Source: Candidatus Latescibacterota bacterium (GTDB lineage Bacteria > Latescibacterota > UBA2968 > UBA8231). Taken from it: a stretch of DNA of 64,000 nucleotides. The stretch is from the NCBI GenBank assembly GCA_965261395.1, contig OZ253462.1, positions 3,904,001 through 3,968,000 of the forward strand, given 5' to 3'. Both the position numbers and the translations under genes were made by a program. Below the pieces are notes generated by a model. That model did no database searches. It had not been told where the DNA came from and saw only the letters and a program-made list of their open reading frames with translations. Shown piece after piece: positions 58,971-64,000 of the stretch; position 1 is the stretch's first letter; the number at the start of each line of letters is the position of its first letter.

Positions 58971-61682
58971 ATGAGCAGAAGACAAAAATTTGCCATACTG
59001 CTCGGCCTTGCGGTCGCCGGCGACAGCGCCGCGCAGGTCGAATACGGCAGTCGGCTGGGTTTGCAGCAGGGTGCGGAAGCCCGGCTGATGACCCTGAGTC
59101 CGGAGGTGTATCTGGCCGCGCTGGACCCGGCGGTGCGGCGCTGGTACGTGCCGCAGGAACTATACGGCGAATACCGCTGGCGGCAGTGGCAGTACACCAA
59201 TCGGGCGCGGCTGCCGTACCGGCGCTACGTGGAAGTCGATCTGCAAGGGGATTACTTCTACGACTTATATGGCAATTACCTGACCCAGGGCTGGCTGGTG
59301 TTCAACACCGCGCAGACGCGGCCCCAAGAGGCGGGCAGCACCCTGTTCAAGACGAATGTGTTCGAGCGGTGGTTCAATCAACTGGTGATCGCCGGGGATC
59401 GAAAGGGCCAGTATCACTACGCACTGACAGTGAGCAACAATCTGCGCACGACCCTGACGCCGCTGGCCTTTTCCAAGCCGCGCTTGAACGGATTCCAACT
59501 GGACTTGGCCATGGACAAGTATCAAATGACCTTCCTCCATTCGCTGATCTCAGGGCCGAGGGCCATCCAGGAGACAGAGCGGGCCTTTACGGACGCAACG
59601 TCTTTGGCAGGAGGCCGTTTTGTGGCGCAGGTGGGCGATTTTGTCGAGGTGGGTTTGCACGCGGTCAGCGCCCATCAAACGAATAGTGTGACGGACGAAC
59701 TCGTGGAGACCTTGTACAAGGGATCCTTGACCAACGAACAGAACCAGACGGTTGGGCAGATCGAGATCCAGTTGCGGGACGACTCGCCGGAGGACGGCCG
59801 CGGCGGGGCGGCCTTTTTCCCGGACGCCTCGGACGTGATCATCACCTATCGCGACGGCACCGTGGAGCAGGGCCGGGACATCCGCTTTGGTCCGGTGATT
59901 GAAGGGGGGTTGGAGCGGCGGGGGTTTCTCAGCGCGGATGGCGACGAGCAAATCAGCCTGCTCTACGATTTTGACAGTGCGTCGTTTGTCAACCGGGCTG
60001 CGGCCGACAAGTCGGAGATTGTCGCAGTAGAATTCCGGCTGGTGCTGGCCAACGACTACCAGGTATGGATGAGTTCCGACCGCCAGTTGGGGCTCCTCGA
60101 TCCGGGCGCGGGGGTGCGGGGACTGGGCGAAGAGGGCTTTACCCGGCTCGACGTAGCGCCGACGGAAAATCCCTTCTTTATGCTGGTGTCCCAAGCCCCG
60201 GACAATGTACAGGACATCTCCAATCTCGGCGTGGTCAGCTTTGCCTACGGTCTGCCCACCGCCACCACCGTGGCCGGCGGCTCTCTCCAGGTGCAGGATC
60301 TGCTCGGGTTCGACGTGTACGGCGAATACGACTTGAGCTGGAGCTGGCGTCAATACCCCAACGTCGCCGCGGAAACCCACACGGCCTCGGCCGGGATTAA
60401 AGGCCAATCCAGCGCGCCGGCCTGGATGCTCAATGTGCGCAAATCTTGGGCACCGTTTTTGTTGTTCGGCGAGTTGTATTCCATTGACCCGCGCTACAAC
60501 ACCCAAGCCTTTGTCACCACGACCTCGGGCCTCGACTACGCTCGGCAGGGCAACCGCTTTGATCTGGTCGAAGACAACGACGACCAAGACCGCTTCCCCG
60601 ATGCCTTCCGCGCCGATTTTTTAGTTGACGACCGGCAGGTCTTTCCCGGCTGGGATCTGAACAACGACTTGGTGCCCGACTTCAATCAAAACGACAACCG
60701 CGTCAAAACCAATGCCATCCCCGACTACCAAGAGCCCTTCCTGCGCTTCCAAGTGGACCGGCCCGAGTTCCTCTTTGGCGTGGACATGAATCACAACTTC
60801 TGGGTTGATCTGTACGAAAACGACACCGAGCCGGACTATCCCTACCGCCGCGATCAGGCCGGTTTTAATGTCTATGGCGGGGTGGGGTTAGGTCGGCACT
60901 GGGAGTTCAAGGTCGGTGCCTTGCGCGAGGAGCAGATTTCAGCCGACCGCCAGAATCACAGCACCTACGTGCAGGTAGGCTACGAGCAGGTGTGGCCGGA
61001 CTGGGGCCGAGTGCGGCTGTTTGAGATGAGCCAGGTGGTCGCGGACGACATTCCCAATCCGCTCTTGCAGTGGCAGCCGGACAACACCTTGCGAGGCGGA
61101 CAGTTGGCCCATTTGACCGATCCGCTGTTGGCGCGGGATACGTGGGTCAATCAGCTCTTTGTCGGACACAGCCTGACCAGCGAAAACCTCCAGGTGATGA
61201 GCAAGCTCAACTGGGTGCTTTTCCGGCAGTTGATGAGCGCACAGCGCCGCCAGCAGCACGCCTTGGCACCGTCGGACTTTTTCTTTGGCTTGATCAACAA
61301 AGCGAGCTACCGCTATGCTTGGCGGGGCGTGACCGTGGAGCCGCGCTGGAAGAGCGAATGGATTCAACAGAGCCGATCGCTGTTTGACCAGGCGAAGCAA
61401 ACGACGCTACTGGAGTTGGTTGCGGTGTTGTTGGAGACTCAGCTTTTGTCGGCGACCAAGGTGCAGGCTGGGGTGGAGTACGCCTTTTTCAACGATTTAG
61501 ATCGAGGTACAGAGGATTTTAACTCGCTGAGTTGGGCTTTTCAGTTGGCGACGGAATCGGCCTATCTAGGGTATCGGATCCAAGCCTTGGTCGGCTTTGT
61601 GGTGGAGCGCAAAGATTTTGCGGAGGCCGAGGCTCTCACGGCCACCCAGAGCTTTGTCACCCTCTATGCCGGGTTGCAGTAA
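58971..61682 (+). CDS. 903-aa exported hypothetical protein, probable outer-membrane beta-barrel with an Asp-rich insert
   Basis: Signal peptide, amphipathic strands, terminal strand SFVTLYAGLQ, DxNxD-type motifs. Confidence 0.65.
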   Translation: MSRRQKFAILLGLAVAGDSAAQVEYGSRLGLQQGAEARLMTLSPEVYLAALDPAVRRWYVPQELYGEYRWRQWQYTNRARLPYRRYVEVDLQGDYFYDLYGNYLTQGWLVFNTAQTRPQEAGSTLFKTNVFERWFNQLVIAGDRKGQYHYALTVSNNLRTTLTPLAFSKPRLNGFQLDLAMDKYQMTFLHSLISGPRAIQETERAFTDATSLAGGRFVAQVGDFVEVGLHAVSAHQTNSVTDELVETLYKGSLTNEQNQTVGQIEIQLRDDSPEDGRGGAAFFPDASDVIITYRDGTVEQGRDIRFGPVIEGGLERRGFLSADGDEQISLLYDFDSASFVNRAAADKSEIVAVEFRLVLANDYQVWMSSDRQLGLLDPGAGVRGLGEEGFTRLDVAPTENPFFMLVSQAPDNVQDISNLGVVSFAYGLPTATTVAGGSLQVQDLLGFDVYGEYDLSWSWRQYPNVAAETHTASAGIKGQSSAPAWMLNVRKSWAPFLLFGELYSIDPRYNTQAFVTTTSGLDYARQGNRFDLVEDNDDQDRFPDAFRADFLVDDRQVFPGWDLNNDLVPDFNQNDNRVKTNAIPDYQEPFLRFQVDRPEFLFGVDMNHNFWVDLYENDTEPDYPYRRDQAGFNVYGGVGLGRHWEFKVGALREEQISADRQNHSTYVQVGYEQVWPDWGRVRLFEMSQVVADDIPNPLLQWQPDNTLRGGQLAHLTDPLLARDTWVNQLFVGHSLTSENLQVMSKLNWVLFRQLMSAQRRQQHALAPSDFFFGLINKASYRYAWRGVTVEPRWKSEWIQQSRSLFDQAKQTTLLELVAVLLETQLLSATKVQAGVEYAFFNDLDRGTEDFNSLSWAFQLATESAYLGYRIQALVGFVVERKDFAEAEALTATQSFVTLYAGLQ

Positions 61683-61691
61683 GTCGAGAGC

Positions 61692-62837
61692 TTAGCGCGC
61701 TCCTTCCTCCCAAGACGGCAAGCTCAAACCGTCCTGATCCCAGACAATTTCGCCAGTCCGCAGGGTCATGCGGCCCTCTATCTTCTGGCTGCCCTGCAGA
61801 GTGCTGCGGGTGGCATCGACAAAACCAAAGTGGCCTTTATGGACGGCCAGCACCGCTACGTCGGCTTCAGCGCCTACGCTCAGGTGGCCCAATTCGGGCC
61901 GGCGAATGACTTCAGCGGGGCGCTGCGTCGAGCGATAAATGACCTCTTGCAGCGGCATTCCCAAGGCCAGCATTTTCGACATGGTGACATTCATGGTGGC
62001 ATTGGGCAACAGGCGGCTGCGGCGGTGCAAGTCGGTGCTGATGGTATCGGGCGGGAAGCCCTGGGCCATGGCTGGCACGGCAATGTGGAAGCGGAAGGAG
62101 GCGTTGCCGTGGCCCAAGTCGAAAATCACGCCGCGCTCGCGGGCCTGCCAGACAAAGTCAAAAATGCGGTCGTTGTCGTCGAGCATGGGCGTGCGCATGG
62201 AGTAGCAGTGGGTGTGGATGTCGCCGGGGCTGTAGCGGGCGAGCAACTCTGGGTACGTGCGGGTGGGCTTGGGCGAGAAATCGACCATGACAATGCTGCC
62301 GGCCCGCCGCGCCGCCTCAATGGCACCTCCGGTTGATTCCCATCCCGGCCCGCCAAAATGGGCCGACTTGACCCCGACTATGTGCTCGGGATAGCGCTCG
62401 ACCGCGGCGGCGCAGGGGATGGGGTCCATATCGGTGGTGTCCTGCTCGGGAGGGCCGGTCATGCCAGCGCCGACGATGTTGACAAAGGCGAGGACGCGGG
62501 TAATGGACTGGTCCATGATGGTCTCTTTGAAATCTACAATATCCTTGTACCCAGCACCGCCCGTATCGACGCAAGTGGTGACTCCGTGCGGCAGGTTGTG
62601 AGGGTCGGGGAACAGCCAGGCATTAAAGCCGCCGTACACGTGTAGATGGATGTCGATGAGGCCGGGGGTGACGTAGAGGCCGGCGACATCGGCTTGTCTT
62701 TCCGCGGTGCCGGGTAACTGCGGTCCCACAGCGGCGATTTTGCCGTCTTTGACAGCGAGGTCGGCCGGGCCGTCAAGGCCGTTTTTTGGATCGATGAGGT
62801 GGCCGTTTTTGAGCAGGACATCGTAGTGTGGAGGCAT
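61692..62837 (-). CDS. Amidohydrolase/deacetylase-family metallohydrolase (dihydroorotase-like)
   Basis: PGLIDIHLH, VGVK, THCY, DLGHG, TISTDLH. Confidence 0.9.
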   Translation of the reverse strand: MPPHYDVLLKNGHLIDPKNGLDGPADLAVKDGKIAAVGPQLPGTAERQADVAGLYVTPGLIDIHLHVYGGFNAWLFPDPHNLPHGVTTCVDTGGAGYKDIVDFKETIMDQSITRVLAFVNIVGAGMTGPPEQDTTDMDPIPCAAAVERYPEHIVGVKSAHFGGPGWESTGGAIEAARRAGSIVMVDFSPKPTRTYPELLARYSPGDIHTHCYSMRTPMLDDNDRIFDFVWQARERGVIFDLGHGNASFRFHIAVPAMAQGFPPDTISTDLHRRSRLLPNATMNVTMSKMLALGMPLQEVIYRSTQRPAEVIRRPELGHLSVGAEADVAVLAVHKGHFGFVDATRSTLQGSQKIEGRMTLRTGEIVWDQDGLSLPSWEEGAR

Positions 62838-62871
62838 GGTGCTCCTTTTGGGATCGCCGAATAGAATGCTG

Positions 62872-63621
62872 TCAGTCGCCGGGGAAGTGCCCTTGGTACT
62901 CCAGACCCAGCAGCTCCCGGGACCGGGCTACGTTGCAGTACTTATCCGCGTCTGGGTGGCTAGCCGTGTGCATAATGTCGAAGTCAATGGTCTCGGATGT
63001 AAGCGCCAAGTGGCAGGCCTCTGCCAGATCGTGCCGGCAGACCCAGCTAATGCCGCCGTGGGCGGGGTGGCCGTCTCGACTGATCCCGAGCCTGCTGTCG
63101 CCAATGCTACAGGGCCGGAAAACGATGATCCTCAGGCCGTAGGCGTCGTGGAACTGGCGGCACATTTCCTCCTGCAGGCGCTTTGATATGCCGTACAGGC
63201 TTCCTTCCTTACTGCGCACCTCCGACGACAGGAAAACGCCGTCTGGATGTTGCACGACGCAGGAGCTCATATGCACCACTCGTTTGAGCTGGTGCCGCCG
63301 GGCCGACTCCAAGACATTCCACATCCCCTTGAGGTTGATGAGAAAGGGGTTCACATCAACCTCGGGCGGGTTCTCGTAGCCGAAGTAGGCGGCGAGATGG
63401 ACGACGCCATCCATACCTTCCAAGGTCCTATGGACGGCGTCGAAGTCGGCGATGTCCCCGTAGAGCTTTTCTCCCTCCCAGTCGCCGTCGAGTCGACGGT
63501 ACGTCGCCCAAGCTTCGGGGCTGTAATCGAAGGCGCGCACTTGGTGGCGACCGGCGAAGCTTTCCAGCACGGCCCGGCCGACCCACCCAGCGGCACCCAT
63601 AATGGCCACTTTCACAAGCAC
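62872..63621 (-). CDS. NAD-dependent epimerase/dehydratase (uronate dehydrogenase-like)
   Basis: GAAGWVG, VVHLAA, YGISK. Confidence 0.88.
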   Translation of the reverse strand: MLVKVAIMGAAGWVGRAVLESFAGRHQVRAFDYSPEAWATYRRLDGDWEGEKLYGDIADFDAVHRTLEGMDGVVHLAAYFGYENPPEVDVNPFLINLKGMWNVLESARRHQLKRVVHMSSCVVQHPDGVFLSSEVRSKEGSLYGISKRLQEEMCRQFHDAYGLRIIVFRPCSIGDSRLGISRDGHPAHGGISWVCRHDLAEACHLALTSETIDFDIMHTASHPDADKYCNVARSRELLGLEYQGHFPGD

Positions 63622-63685
63622 TCCTCCTGAGAAAGGATGTCATAGCCGGGGACCTGCGACCGGCGGCGGGCGAGTAGCTCCGCAG

Positions 63686-64000
63686 TCATTCGCTGTACAC
63701 CGCCTCGATCAGGCCCCTCATGTAGCCAATGGCGTAGAGACGCTCCATCGAGTGCACATCGACGAAGTCTTCGTAGGTTAGCTGTGGGAAATGGTCGGGG
63801 CGGGCGACCCCCTCGTACCCCGTGTCGCGATAGGCCCTGACACAGGCCGCCATGTCGTGCTTGCCGTCGTCGTGGAAGGCCTCGTCGAACTTCTCCGGCG
63901 TGCCCCGGATGTCGCGGAAATGGACGAAGTGGATCTTCTGCTGCTCGCCGAAATGGCGAATGACGCTCGGCAGGTCGTCGGTCATAAGGCCGAAGTTGCC
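63686..64000 (-). CDS. uxuA: Mannonate dehydratase, C-terminal part (5' end outside the window)
   Basis: IHFVHFRDI.G....F.EAFHDDG..DM...RPDH.P...YAIGYMRG. Confidence 0.85.
   Translation of the reverse strand, partial: GNFGLMTDDLPSVIRHFGEQQKIHFVHFRDIRGTPEKFDEAFHDDGKHDMAACVRAYRDTGYEGVARPDHFPQLTYEDFVDVHSMERLYAIGYMRGLIEAVYSE

Overview
GC-rich bacterial chromosome segment with no rRNA, tRNA or CRISPR array that I could see. The gene content suggests a Latescibacterota/Gemmatimonadota-like, possibly sponge-associated organism (inference): many PhyH dioxygenases, sulfatases, Gfo/Idh/MocA oxidoreductases, large proteins with FlgD/CHU_C-type tails and a plant-type LRR lipoprotein. Bases 1-12 kb form a minus-strand defence island. 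A DUF1156 adenine methylase and a DUF499 AAA+ ATPase flank a cargo region holding an MNT pseudogene, a HEPN stub, DUF6615, a ParA stub, an ApeA-NTD stub, an IS5-split SIR2 gene and a PIN gene. An intact, translationally coupled three-gene module (STAS-GHKL kinase, STAS-like DUF4325, PIN) sits directly upstream of the methylase and is the best candidate for an undescribed system. Bases 12-64 kb are mostly catabolic genes, plus two AAA_14/DUF4143 loci (one disrupted by an LRR cassette), an IS903-group element, a YtrA-type GntR-ABC operon, an orphan m4C methylase and a two-component system upstream of a secreted TPR/coiled-coil/double carbohydrate-binding protein. A 1045-aa CHU_C/FlgD-tailed protein paired with a 903-aa putative outer-membrane protein is a second candidate system. 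Several single-base frameshifts may be assembly errors. All family assignments come from motifs recognised by eye; no database search was run.
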